A DNA stretch of 63,827 nucleotides, counting the filler, from Choristocarpus tenellus KU-1152 (Eukaryota; Protista; Phaeophyceae): the NCBI GenBank assembly GCA_964200185.2. It is 11 parts of 11 records of this genome, joined end to end, with 100 filler letters (N's around TTAATTAATTAA, not from the genome) between each part and the next. Parts side by side here need not be neighbours in the genome. Positions count along the whole stretch, not along the records: positions 37,178 to 44,249 come from CAXNAD020006752.1; positions 44,350 to 49,796 come from CAXNAD020010747.1; positions 49,897 to 53,487 come from CAXNAD020019074.1; 8 more parts are not named here. The stretch is one strand, 5' to 3'. A program made the position numbers and the translations under genes. Of this stretch, positions 37,078-49,965 are shown piece after piece. Positions within the stretch are counted from its first letter, which is position 1, and every line of letters begins with the position of its first letter. A model generated the notes under the pieces. It did not search any database and had not been told where the DNA came from. It saw nothing but the letters and a program-made list of their open reading frames with translations.

Positions 37078-38788
37078 NNNNNNNNNNNNNNNNNNNNNNN
37101 NNNNNNNNNNNNNNNNNNNNNTTAATTAATTAANNNNNNNNNNNNNNNNNNNNNNNNNNNNNNNNNNNNNNNNNNNNCCCCCCCAGATACTTTGGGTCTG
37201 GTCAAAAAGGAACTCCCTGCCCTACCCTACCCCTTCCCCCATATCCACCAGTTGCCTAATCCTACTTTGTTTGACTTTCCGCCTAAGCTACAACCTTACA
37301 AGGGCTTCCATTTGACCACCCCAGCCAGTCAGGTGTTGTCGGTTAGGCTTCTTCTCAACAATCAAGTGGTTAGAGTCAAACCAACTGAGAGGTAGATAGG
37401 GTTTGCATGTTAAGGATAACGAGGAAGGGAAAAAAGATTTCGCTTTGCAAAATTGCAGAAAATATCTTTGCTGAAATGTGGTGTCACTTTTTTGTGTGGA
37501 AAGGGGGAAATTTATCATTTTGAATACACCACCATTAACAAAAAGTAATGATATACAGGGTATTGCGCATGGTAAGAAAAATGACTTGGAATGCAAAAGG
37601 GTCTAAACCTGCCTACCTGTCTCAATTGGTTTGGCTCTCAGTAGACAAGTTGACATGTGCAAATCAAGGTTTCGACTTTGGTGAGGGGCAACAAGATTGA
37701 TATGAAGTTTGTCAGAGTATGAGTGCAACAATGCACCAAGTAATTGTGTTCTGTGTTGCCCTCTCTTTGAAAGGGTATTGTCAAGATGCACAGTTACCAC
37801 CCAAGATAGGTACTTTTCGGTGTGGTAGGTCAGTACGGGGATAGCTCCTGCGCATCCCAGATTTAAAGAGGTTCTAAGAGTTCTCGAATTTGTTGCGCAG
37901 GGATATCCATTGAGGACTGCATATGTAGAAGGGAGAGAGCCATTTTATGCCTTTTGCTTTCTTTGATGGCTGTTTTCACCAGAATTGCAATTGGCATTGT
38001 TGATGGAAGGTTTCTCATGCTTGATGCCAGTCCTATGCACAGGGGAACTCCCCCTTCTTCGGGAGCCATAATTTGATTTTTTTTAAACTTTTTTGTGAGC
38101 ACGTTTGAAAATTTAACCCCAACTCCAGCTCCAACCCTAACCCTAATATGTGTGTGAAAATGCCCTTAGCCAGTCAAACAAACGTTATGGGAGTAATTTC
38201 ACTGAGTAGTGTAGCAGTACAGTGCACACTAAAGAACCACCACCTCTCAAGGATCCACCACTATCATCTCTCTTTACTTTGTCACACACTTTTCCAATAA
38301 CCTAACCCTAATCCTAGTCCGAACCCTGAACCTACCCTAAACCTAACCTTTGTTTGAGGATAACCCTAACCTTGGTTTGAAGAAGTGAAAAGGTATAACA
38401 GCAGTGGTTCCCCAAGACAGGGGGTCCCCTGTGTACTCCACCGTTTAGCAAAAATGATACCTTGCTGTTGTCATCTCAAGGGGGTTCTATTACAAGATCA
38501 AATACCTAATAGAGGGTATGTACGTCTCAATGTCAGCAGAAGAGCATCCAAACTAATGCTCTTGCCCCCATGCAGAGCACGATCGGAAGAGGAAGTGACA
38601 AGACGGCGCCTAGCTTAGTCTCAGATTGTCAAAAAAATTAACAAAACATCCAGTAACAAGTCGACTGGACACTCTACTATTCATATTGTTTGGCTCTCTC
38701 GTATCGGTGTTGCTGGTTGAAATAAGCGCACGACATATTTCGGAAGGGAATCTATGTCTTCGTTATTTTCGTTTAGTGTCATCCCCAC

Positions 38789-39043
38789 CTTGCTTCCCCA
38801 GGAGGATCCGGTGGGACAAGACTTCAGTGAGCAATCGGCCACCACATCCCACCCTGTCTCGCACGAGCACACGTTGTCCGCGCCACAATCCCCATGACCA
38901 CTGCATTGGTTAGGACAGGTCGCACTCACGCTAGCCACCACAAGAATAAGCGTAAGCCCGGCCGTCCAGAGCTTTCTTCTCCTGGTCTGTGAATATCGCA
39001 CCCCATTGCCATCGACATGTAGAGGTACTCCAAATGTACCCAT
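38789..39043 (-). CDS. Tubular mastigoneme-related EGF-like protein (Sig1/Ocm1 family), first coding exon
   Basis: Signal-peptide-like LTLILVVASVSA, then CPNQCSGHGDCGADNVCSCETGWDVVADCSLKSCPTGSSWGSK|gtggg. This N-terminal EGF-like plus CPxGxxW pattern is typical of stramenopile flagellar-hair proteins. Confidence 0.75.
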
Positions 39044-39569
39044 CGTCCACTGAAATGGAACCGTATATCTTGGGCAGTTGAGTAATGCTCACATCAACCA
39101 ACATTTAGAGCCTCCCAGTTGGGCTGGACACTCTATCCATAGGCAAGAAGTATTTGAGGATTTTGGTCGAGGTTTCATTTATGAAGATCACACACAAAAG
39201 AGTGACATTTGTCGCGTAAAGTAATTGTGAGTCCATGACGGTTTCACACACTGCCTCATTATCCAACATCATAGAAACCCCAAGTTGATGTACTATGTTG
39301 GTTGTCGAAACACTCCAACTCCATCTCTATGATACACTGGTAGTAGAGAGCAACCTGTGGGAAAGGACCTTTCCTGGCGAGGGGCTACACTCGCATGCTC
39401 ACTTGTTGTGATGGATCGTAACACAGATACCTTTATTCTTTCTTTCACTGTGGATGAGATAACAACATTGAGTAATTACTTTTCCCTAGTGTGATTTTCT
39501 GATCCACTGAGCCATTCTTATTCCCCCTAGAATTCTAAGCTCGTACGCCTCTCTTACTAAGGCAGTGCC

Positions 39570-42500
39570 ATGGCTTTGGCGATGAAGCAGAAGGCCTTGA
39601 TTTGCTTGCTTGTGTTGGTGAACACGCTGATATTTCTGAACGTGTCGAGGCCTCCCCCCAACCTACATGGTGAGAATAATCAAACCTGCTTTGATCTCTA
39701 TGAAATGTCATGTAAATGTGCTTGTGTCATGAATCATTCAGGTCCCTCTTTACGCTCTGGCTCTTTGGGTTAGGGGCCGACCACACCTCAAGCTCCAAAA
39801 ATTTGGGCTCTATACACAAAGTGTGCGGTAAAGGTCCTTATGCAACTACCTGTATGCCCCATTTCCCGTCTATTCCATTCCCTCCACGGAAGGATCCCTC
39901 TACCCAAGCCCACAACTACTTCCTAAACGAGAGCCCTGCGCAATGCCAGTCCATGTGTGTATTTCGACACAATACTATGTGTAGAAATATCATTGTGTGT
40001 GTCTAATTCGCTTTTCTCAACTACTTATTTTTGTTCCAACGACCTGGCTTCCCCATCCCACAGATAATCAAAGAGGGATATTCGTTGCCCCGGAGAAAGG
40101 AAATGGTGATAAGGTTTTGTCCCGTCACATCCCCATTTCATCCAAGAACAGCAGTATGCCCCACACGAACAGAAAAGGGGAGGACTCTGGTGATCAACAG
40201 TTTCGAGACGCAAGTCAGAGAAGTATGGGCTGGGGCAGGTTCTGGAATGTGTTCAGGAAAAAGGCGGAAGGGAAAGGTACAGCGGAGATTCGATATGGAT
40301 CGCTTGTGCCTGCGCCTGAGAACGTGAGGGAGGGCCAAGTCGAGAGTAGTACAGAAGAACAAAAAACACTTTCCCGTGAGGATACGGGGACCAGGGGGGA
40401 GGAGAAGAGTCCAGACAGTGGTAGCAATGCTGAAGATGGAGGTTCAGGAGTTGGCCACGGGGATCTGGCAGGGGTTGGTGAGGAAGGGGGCTATGGAGGC
40501 ACCACAAACAACGGAAACGGTGGAAAGGAGGATGAAAACCTTGGTGATAACGGTGAAACTCGAAAGACTTGTGCTGCATGGCAACAGAAATTTCGGGTGA
40601 AGATTGACAGGTAAGAAATGGAAGAAGAGGAGGGGTAGGAGTCTTCCTTTTTAAGACCTTTTCCACTTTCAAAAGATGTATGCCCCCAACCACACTCTTC
40701 TCCAACAGAGTCCCACTGGATTCCACATCTGTACTCTCCCACTACCTTAGCTTTCGGTTAGTATGAGTCCACTGAAGCCTCAGGTATGGGGGGCCTCTGC
40801 TTTTGCCCACTTCTCCACATGTAGCTGCTCTCTGGCAGGCATACTTTTTACATAGGACAGACTTGTGTACTTGATACCTCTTCGTATTCACCATCGTCAT
40901 ACCACACATCGGTGTACTCTAAGGAAAGAGTTTGGCTTTGGAAGAAACACCTATGGAATACATGTAGTGGGTGGGAGCAAGTTGAGATGTTGGAAGGTAG
41001 AGGCTAGCTGTTTGCACCATGTGTTAGCTTCAACGTGATCCGGAGTCAATTCCAAGCAGGTGAGAGAGGGCATTCCACGACCTAGGCTTATTTGCTTGCC
41101 TGCATATGTACTCATTTGTACCTAGGAAGGTACCCTCTCCTTGTGTTGCTTGTGTACTTGGACCCCTTTATTAGTTTCTAGAGTGGCAAACTGTACCTAG
41201 TTGCTATTTCTAAATGGAGGGACCTTGTTATACACTATATTTGTCCTTCTGAATTCACCTGTAATAAATTGCGGGTTAAATTCAAGAGAAAGACACCATC
41301 GCTTATTCCGGTCCAAGCATGGTCTCCAAACAACAGTATGACTATGATAACACAGCACCACTCCATAACCCACACCACTGGTGGTGCCCCTAAGAGTCAA
41401 CCACTACTTTCAATATTGTGGTTTTGTGATGAATATAGAATAGTATGTTGAAGCGCTGAGGGTTTCGTCACGGGATCCTCAATAGGACTGACATAGGTTA
41501 GTTTTTCAAAGGTACAGGTGCGGTCAATACCTTGGATAGATGTGTCATGTGACTTGAACAGAACACTCAGTGCCAACGGCCTCAGACCGTCCTAGGCCCT
41601 GGACCTTACCTGTGCTAATTTGTAGAGCAGTATCCTGAATCAAACAGAGGGCCTGCTGGACTGCGCAGTCTCATACCCTTAGATGATTGTGACCCTGAAA
41701 TGTCATGCGCTGAGGAGTACCCTAGCCTATTGGGTGTCAATATTTCTGATAGAAAAGTTTTGTGTTCAGTGTCCTCCTCAAGCATTTGACTCCTAGGACT
41801 TCCAAGAATACCTGAGGGGTGGGGCATTGGCTCTATTTTGGTCTCAATCATCTATGACTGTACTGCACTTTACTGCTTGTGTAGGAGTTCGCAGGACCTT
41901 GCTTGGACCTGACCCTAAAGTGACCTGAATCTTGTATGCACATCTTGCCTGTGATGTAGCTAAAGGGAATCCTGACCTGGAACAGGTGATCCCCTCTCAG
42001 ATATTCACTTACACACGGGACCACCAACCTGCGATGCCATTGTTTAAGCCTTTGGCGGTGCTATACTCTTTATGATTTCTATAAAATTTCTATAAAAGGC
42101 ATGCTGCGGGTATCAACGTTTCTTGTGAGAAAGATTCTCCATGCAGCTCTCCCCACTCCTGCCTCCTCCGCCTTCAGCTCCAAATTCTTTTCTTTTCCTA
42201 TTTTTTTTTGTGTGTGTTGGTTGGGCCTTCTCAAGAAAAAGTATCAAATTTTTATATTTTGTGGTGTAGGGTGAGGGAGATGATGAGAAAGGCAAAATTT
42301 TAATCCATTAGAACAGCCTGTTTATTGCATTCACCCAATAGGAAGCATTCGCCTGCCCTGTAACACTCTTTACCCCAATGACTGTGTTAAGACTTCACTC
42401 TACATCCACCTGACCCCCACGTCCCACTATTTGATTCCTCTTTAATTTTTCAACCCCTATCCTCTTATTTTCTATATAGGTCATGGGGAAGACTCCCTAA

Positions 42501-42810
42501 GGACCTCCAGAAGAGATGGAAAGGCCTTGACTGTGATTCCCTTCTTCTGGAGGCCGATGCTCTAGGGCTGAAACAGCTCGAGTCATCGTTGACAGAGTCA
42601 GGGGTCAATGTTGTGAATGGTGGGGGGGGGGAGCACAATAGCAAAGAAGGCAAGTTAGTGAAGGTCAAGATACCTGGAGCACACCTTGGAGGATTGCGAG
42701 TTCCGAAAGGAGAGTTGGAAGGGGAGGAAACAGAGGAGATAAAGGATCTAGAAAACAGTGGGGGGAAGGGAGTGGGGAAGGGGACAGGCGGCTACCATGA
42801 GAGCAATGAG
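39570..42810 (+). CDS. Type II membrane/secreted protein, exons 39570-39669, 40064-40610, 42480-42810 (3' part missing); possibly a glycosyltransferase stem
   Basis: N-terminal anchor KQKALICLLVLVNTLIFLNV and phase-compatible introns. Splicing assembles a Cys/Trp module TCAAWQQKFRVKIDRSWGRLPKDLQKRWKGLDCD. Confidence 0.65.
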
Positions 42811-43041
42811 GTGAGAACACATGGAACAGAGAATGCTAGGAGTGTGTTGACAGCATTTTGATTTAGTGGTTCAGTTTTGTTTAGCTCTGTAGTCGGTGCG
42901 ATTTTATTGATCCGTTCTCATTGAGAATCGTCTTCTTCTTCTTTTTGGTGTTACCTACTCATGGTGTTACCTACTCATTGAGGAAAGAAACAGTGTCAAG
43001 GACAGGGTGTTGGTGCAGTCCGGATTACTGTACAACGAAGG

Positions 43042-43121
43042 ATAAAATATTGACTATTGACTAACTAAATATTTGGAATCTGATAAAATATTGACTATTG
43101 ACTAACTAAATATTTGGAATC
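43042..43121. repeat. Tandem duplication of ~40 bp
   Basis: GATAAAATATTGACTATTGACTAACTAAATATTTGGAATCT occurs twice. Confidence 0.9.
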
Positions 43122-43460
43122 TATTACGCCGCTCTGGGTGTGTGTATCTATCGCGTTGCACCACTCCACCGACATCTAGTTTCTCGCATTAGATCTCCCA
43201 GATAAATGGGCAGACCACCAACTAGACACCCCCGATTTTAAAAACACTGGAAAGAAATGTCTTTGCCAGTTGGTGTCATTTGTAGAATCTTTTACGTTGT
43301 TTTTTTGTTTTTTTGTTTTTTTGTTTTTTTCCGTACGCGCAAGCACCACCGTTTAGGCTTGTGTGATCCTTGTGTAGCAGTTTTCCTCTGGTACTACCCA
43401 CCTCCTTGAAAAACAGTTTGAGAAAGAAATGGATGCACCGAAACCAATCGATGCTACTAG

Positions 43461-43494
<34 letters not shown>

Positions 43495-43687
43495 GGGAGC
43501 ACTAGGGTCCCTCCCTAACACTGTTTAATTGAATGAATACACACCTGTTTTACATCACCCAGAGTGTAGGAAGGCTTGCGTCTTTGGTACACACGCGAGT
43601 GCCTGCCAGGTTGTTAGAAACCCCTATTTTGATGTCGTTTTAACACGCACTGGTGTATTGCACATATCCTAGATGATTGCGCACTGG

Positions 43688-43721
<34 letters not shown>

Positions 43722-44169
43722 GACTTTCACACACGCACGCATACATATTCGTCTGTGCAATGTAGTTGGTAGGTGGGACAGCGATTAGATGTATGCGCAG
43801 GTATGTACATGGAGTGGGTATATATCGGAAGGTGTCATTCCACATGTTTCAACACCTATGAGTGACACCATGGGTTTATTTTGGAACAGGTGTTTTGAAT
43901 AGGGCTTCATTTTAGCCATCAGTACTGTATGACTAATACTAAAACTGTTAGCATTTTTTGTGGAATATTTGTTGTCCTGTTCACAGTAAATGCATAGCGT
44001 TATGCCACTACACCAACCTTCAACAAATGTTCTCACTCAGTAAGATTCCAGAATTTCGGAAAGATTAGTTGGTTGTCTGCTGAGAGCTATGTGCCTCTGT
44101 TATAGAAAAGGTTGTTTGGAATGTTGTTCACAATATATACATCATGCCATGCCTGAAATGTGGTTAGTT

Positions 44170-44200
<31 letters not shown>

Positions 44201-45109
44201 ACGCGCCCCCCGCACCCCAGCACGCACAAACGCGGCAGGGGAGACGGGGNNNNNNNNNNNNNNNNNNNNNNNNNNNNNNNNNNNNNNNNNNNNTTAATTA
44301 ATTAANNNNNNNNNNNNNNNNNNNNNNNNNNNNNNNNNNNNNNNNNNNNGCGCCTGTCTCCGTCATCTTGTGCAGGGATCAGCTCGTTAGAAAAACTTCT
44401 GTTGTATGTGGATAACTTTCAAGTGTCAAGGGTACTACCCCAACGTCTCTCCTCTCTCGCATTCCATATCGCCAATCCAAGAGCCTTCCCTTACGACCAT
44501 GGTGCGTTGGATGGTGCCGTCCGAGATGCAAAGAGTCATCTACCTGGTAGGAATGATCGACTGCCTTATTTCGGAACCCTCACCCCGTAGGTATTATCTG
44601 GACACGATTTCGGTTGGTACACAACTAGTTGGAGGCTGCGTACTGGACTCAGCGGGCAGGACTGTGGCATGGTCCCCATCGTTGACTCCAATACTATCAA
44701 CATCCGTCTGAAATCGACGTTCCCGGCCTTGGTCTAATTCCATTGTCGCCTAAAGTAAACCCTCCACAGCAGAGGAAAGTTGTTCAAGACGATCTTCATC
44801 AAGTGGGGCATTACTTCGACCCGAACCATGTACTGATGTCCCTTCTCTATCCGAAGTCATGATAGGTACGGATAGAAACCTAGGTTTCAATATATCATGT
44901 TTAAGGTATCCCATCCATTCATCAACAACAGGTAGGGGCGATAATGAAGCGGATAATCGTATCTGATTTATCATGTATAAACCAATTTCCAACAAATCAC
45001 TGACAAAACCTAAGTTTGGAACATCTTCACAAATGAATATATAAGAAGTATAAAATATATAAGAAGTTGATTTTTTGTATTTGCGGATAATTATATATAT
45101 TTATATTTT

Positions 45110-45490
45110 TATGCCCTCTGACATTTTGCAGATGTGTCAGGGGAAAACCAATNNNNNNNNNNCGTGGAAACCACTAATCAGTTACTTCAGCACTATCGAA
45201 TATTGTACTACTGTCGTCGTTATCTTCCCTATATTCTATATGTGGTAGTGGTGACGTGAGTCAAATTGACAAATATTCTGACAACATGATGAAATGATGA
45301 CGAATCACACACTATTATTTGTACAACTAATTTTTCTTGTAACATTTTGTAGACGTGTTAGGGGAAAAGCCAACCTAATATCAATAGCTGCATTGTCTTA
45401 CAGTATTCTTATGTTGAGGACATTTTATATACACATATATAGTTTTCATTGGTTTTCCCCTGACACATCTGCAAAATGTCAGAGGGCATA
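45110..45490. mobile_element. Family D element with ~43-bp near-perfect TIRs (contains a 10-N gap)
   Basis: TATGCCCTCTGACATTTTGCAGATGTGTCAGGGGAAAACCAAT...ATTGGTTTTCCCCTGACACATCTGCAAAATGTCAGAGGGCATA. Confidence 0.8.
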
Positions 45491-45855
45491 ATAATATAAA
45501 TAGAAACTTATAAAAGTAACAGTTATTATAAATATGAAAATAATCAAATCAGTAGAGAGGTAGTCAGGTTTTGACATTTTTATAGATTCTAACCATCTTT
45601 CTTACCCTGTTCAATACCCTCTTTTCCATTGCTTTATGTACAATAGTAAACTCAAAATTGATATTTCCCCTTTCCACGCACAAAGTGACACCACAATCAA
45701 ACCAAGGTTTCTTGCAACCCTCGCTACCTCTCCATTGGTTTGGCTCAAAAATCTCTCCAAAAACTGTCCAATGTTCCAAATCAAGGTATTCTTGCCACGG
45801 AACCGTTCGTGTATGTTTCATAGATAGGGGATGGCATGTCAAATAATTTCATTAT

Positions 45856-46332
45856 TATGCCCTCTAACATTTTGGAGATGTGTCAGAGAAAAAAGTCAAG
45901 CCAATATCACAAGGACACCTTTAATGTACTCATAAAAATTTAAACATTTAGTAGATGGGGGTGTGGTGCGACAAACATTCGTACATGTTTTGTAGAATGA
46001 GTCGTGCCCACAAAGTCTTTGTGCATACTCTTAGCACAAGAAGAGGAGTGGTGGTACCGACACGTGATTGTAGAACAACAAACACCAATATACTGTTAAA
46101 TTCTTGGGGTGCTTCCCTACTTCCTCACCCTGGGTATGCATGCAGGACTAACCTAGCTTGGAGACACAACAGGAGGACAGGGGTGTACCATAGATGTCAG
46201 TAAATAGTATATAGAAAAATGTATTTCACATTTTTTACGAGAACTGTTATGTTTTTAGGAGTTGTTCTGACATTTGAATGACGTAATTAATTGGTTTTTC
46301 CCCTGTCACATCTGGAAAATGTATCTGGCATA
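45856..46332. mobile_element. Second family D element (diverged TIRs, different interior)
   Basis: TATGCCCTCTAACATTTTGGAGATGTGTCAG...TTTTCCCCTGTCACATCTGGAAAATGTATCTGGCATA. Confidence 0.65.
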
Positions 46333-46599
46333 ATAATAATATAGTGGATGAAGAGAATACAGTGGGTGAATGTTAGAGGGGATAATAATGTACATACATG
46401 GTGGACGTCTCCACACTCCTTATGTTATAGTAGAGGTACTCAGGGTTGTACTCGGAGTATTTAAGCGTGACAATAAATAATGTGCCATATTCGGCTTGTT
46501 GTACAAATACATATAGGAACTTTCTTAAATTATTTTCAAATTTCAACCAATAGATTGACAATGCGTTCAAGTCAATCTTTGCATTTCATCCATGTAAAA

Positions 46600-47640
46600 A
46601 AGGGTGAATTGACAAAGATGTAAATTGTGGGTTAAAGTGCAGAATGCCCAAAACCTTGGTACATATCGTTTGCTTTGCCTCCATGATGGACTATATACAT
46701 CTACTAATGCTACTACAACATAATCGAGTATACCTGATACATTACTACAAAGTCAAAGCGATGAGAAACTTTCAGCCTTGCTGGGTGATGTCAGTGCTTA
46801 CTACTAGAAGGACCTCTTTGTCTCCCACTCTGTTGGTAGGCGTTTGCTCTGTCTTGTTTCTAGTCGTGAAATTAAATATTATATTCCAACGAGGACAAGA
46901 GAACGCTCACATCACACAACTTCACATATGTGAGCAAATGTCTGTAGAATATTATCTAACTGACAATATACATTATGGAGAAATTGGTCGCAAGAGGTTG
47001 TTGGACAAATGGACTTTACAACAACAGAGCAATGGGACTGAGTCATTTGCTAAACAACAGATCAAACAGCATCAAATATTATCCAAGCCAACGAATGGTA
47101 CGGTGCAAACATCATCAACGGCATGCTGTACAAAGCACATTTTGAGGTAGCATTGTCTTTAGACGGTGGACGTTTTAAGCTTTCTTTATTATCGGGGGGG
47201 GTTTCTTCCGCTTTTCCTCTTGCCTTAATATTGCTTTATCTGCTTATACTTCGAAGCATGATCTCTGAACACTGATTTGAGAACATGAACCAATTCGTTT
47301 CTGTGAGAGAGAGTGTGTAATACTAATACTTCATCAAACAAATGGCGTTCTCCTGGACGATAAATGTTACTAGGAGAGACCAAAATGACTCCACCTTTCG
47401 CTGGACAGAGTACATCATAACAGAGCAAATGGTGCCGATCTTTGACAATCTGCGTTAGGCAATGCCCACTGCTCTACAACTGACATTGAACGTGAAGCAA
47501 ATGGAATCGGGCGGTATGGACATGGATGTTTAAGAACAACTGACCGCTGAACATCATCTGTCTTCAAAATATAAGTTACACAGCGAATTGCCCATAATGC
47601 TGTAATGGATTTTCCAGACATTACACCAAGCGCTCTAGGG
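46600..47640 (+). mobile_element. Degraded hAT (ZBED1-like) transposase remnant
   Basis: Collinear, frameshifted motifs LCLHDGLYTSTNAT (cf. LTTDxWTSxxT), SHHTTSHM (HTxxNI), TTDQTASNIIQA (TTDNAxNMxxA) and SKWNRA (TRWNS). Confidence 0.5.
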
Positions 47641-47740
47641 TTATGATGACGTTGAGCGTTAGGTTGTCATGTAGTATGTTCAATATTCCCCGCTTCTCTC
47701 ATCATATTATTTCCGTTCCTTGCTTCCTCCAATCCTTAAG

Positions 47741-47781
47741 ATACATACATACATACATACATACATACATACATACATACA

Positions 47782-47811
<30 letters not shown>
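47741..47811. repeat. (CATA)n microsatellite
   Basis: Seen directly. Confidence 0.95.
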
Positions 47812-47812
<1 letters not shown>

Positions 47813-47993
47813 TTACATCAGTGCACCGAGACATGTGGCAAGACCTACCAGATTTTTTTCATCCATTGTGAGCGCCTGAAAATACTACCTTTATTGATTA
47901 TTGATCTCCTCAGCTCTGAAGGACAGTACGTGGAAGTAATATAACAACTACTCCGAATTGTTACTGTAGATAATGAGGAGTATACCCTCTGGA

Positions 47994-48506
47994 GAGTGAA
48001 AGTATCTTAGAGGGTACGAGTATTGCCCTGTTTGTCCATTTGGGGCTTGACATTCCACGGGTTTTTAATGACATACTATCTACTCCAAAAGTTTTTGCGA
48101 GAGGCCAAATGTATACACTATGAGAAGATGTATCCGGAACAAGGATAATGACATCTCCTAATAATCACGATAGTCAAAATTACTTCAAAATCGCAACATT
48201 GTATTTTGGCCCCCAAATGGACGCGACTCTACCCTCTAAGATACTTTTACTGAAAGTATCTTAGAGGGTACGAGTTTTGCCCTGTTTGTCCATTTGGGGC
48301 TTGGATTCCATTGGGTTCTTATATGATGATTTCCTACTCCAAAAGGTTAAGGAATAGGTAAAGTGTATACGTTATGAAAAGGTGTGTCCGGAACATGGAT
48401 ATTGACACTTTCTAACAAACACGATAGTCAAAATTACATAATAATCGCAACATTGGATTTTGGCCCCCAAGTGGACGCAGCTCTACCCTCTAAGATACTT
48501 TGGCTC
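47994..48506 (-). mobile_element. Head-to-tail dimer of MITE family A
   Basis: Two diverged ~256-bp copies joined at ..AGATACTTTTAC|TGAAAGTATCT.. (48250/48251). Confidence 0.9.
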
Positions 48507-49896
48507 TTTAACTCTGGAGTGTACGGACACCTACTATCGTATCCGTGACGATTGGTTGAGGCATTAAGACAGAACAATGGCTATCGCGGCAAGAGAGTGC
48601 TATTTGAAGGACTGCAGACATCCTGTAAAAAAATGTAAATAATTACATCCCTGGATGATGCCATATAGTGCGGATCAAGGGCAGGTAGTCAAGAAGGGAA
48701 ACTACGTCATTTCAGCAAGCAAGGGCCTTGAACGGAAGGAGTACATACACAAGTAACAATATGAACAGAGGAGGCATACATAAACTGTCCAGCAATATTG
48801 ATGTTAGTCACACCAATCAGTTAACATGTATGCATATGTGCACTAAGCTCGTACAAGAACACAATGATTGATACAAACACCAAATGCTGAACACAGGACA
48901 ACCAGGAAAAGGAGAAAAAGTGCTGCCCGCATAATAATATCTTGAAAGTGTTTCGAGCAATGCACCTTTTTGTACAATGAGTACCAGCACCGCCAACGTA
49001 CCTGAAAAAAATAAAAACTATTGCTTTTCTAAAGTCAAAACAGAACAGTAGTATCCCTTTCTCCTGCCCCACCCCTCCCAATCCCATCCAAGAGAGTTCA
49101 AAGCAAAAGCCACACAAATCCGCGCAAGCAGTAGTGACAACATCAACGCTTCACCATACAAAGGTGTTTGAAGGAAAACAAAGCGAGGGCCAGACCCTCA
49201 ACTTGCTAAGCAAACAAGAAGGCCAATGCTATGACTCAATTTCCACATTTTCTCCTCCGTCTCAATAAAAAAAGATAAACGAAGAAGGGGAGAAGATCTC
49301 ACAATTAGCCTCAAACAAATAAACAACACACCTCAACAAAAATATTTTAAAAAACACACGCATACACACACACCATTGCACCACAATCTCGGGAGAATAA
49401 AATAGGACCCCAGGAAAGAAACGTTTCGGCCACTCTTGCAGTATGGACTAGCAGAGTGCAACCCTAGATAGTATTATAGATTCCTCCTTTATTCATTGTC
49501 TAGTCCATAAATCTGTCAGACAGTCGAGCTACCACAGCTTCTACCAGACATCAATGAATACACTATGGTAATACCATGGGAAGAACATCGACTATCACTC
49601 CCATGTGTGACTTCAATCTTCATCCTCTCAACTTCCAAAACTAACCCCCCTTTTCACTCCTCCCTATTGTAGATCCTTTCTCAGGAAAAGTCTGTATTCC
49701 TCGATGATGGAGAAACAAGCGGTCTCCCCCAGCAAAAATGCAAAGTTGGCGCCCATATCGTGCCTAACTTATCCACATTTGGGCCAAAGTATCTGGNNNN
49801 NNNNNNNNNNNNNNNNNNNNNNNNNNNNNNNNNNNNNNNNTTAATTAATTAANNNNNNNNNNNNNNNNNNNNNNNNNNNNNNNNNNNNNNNNNNNN

Positions 49897-49921
49897 GTTT
49901 TGCTCCGATTTCCCTTCCCCC

Positions 49922-49965
<44 letters not shown>

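Noticed and set aside
38100-38370. True telomere
   Set aside because: Short, degenerate and internal to a contig.
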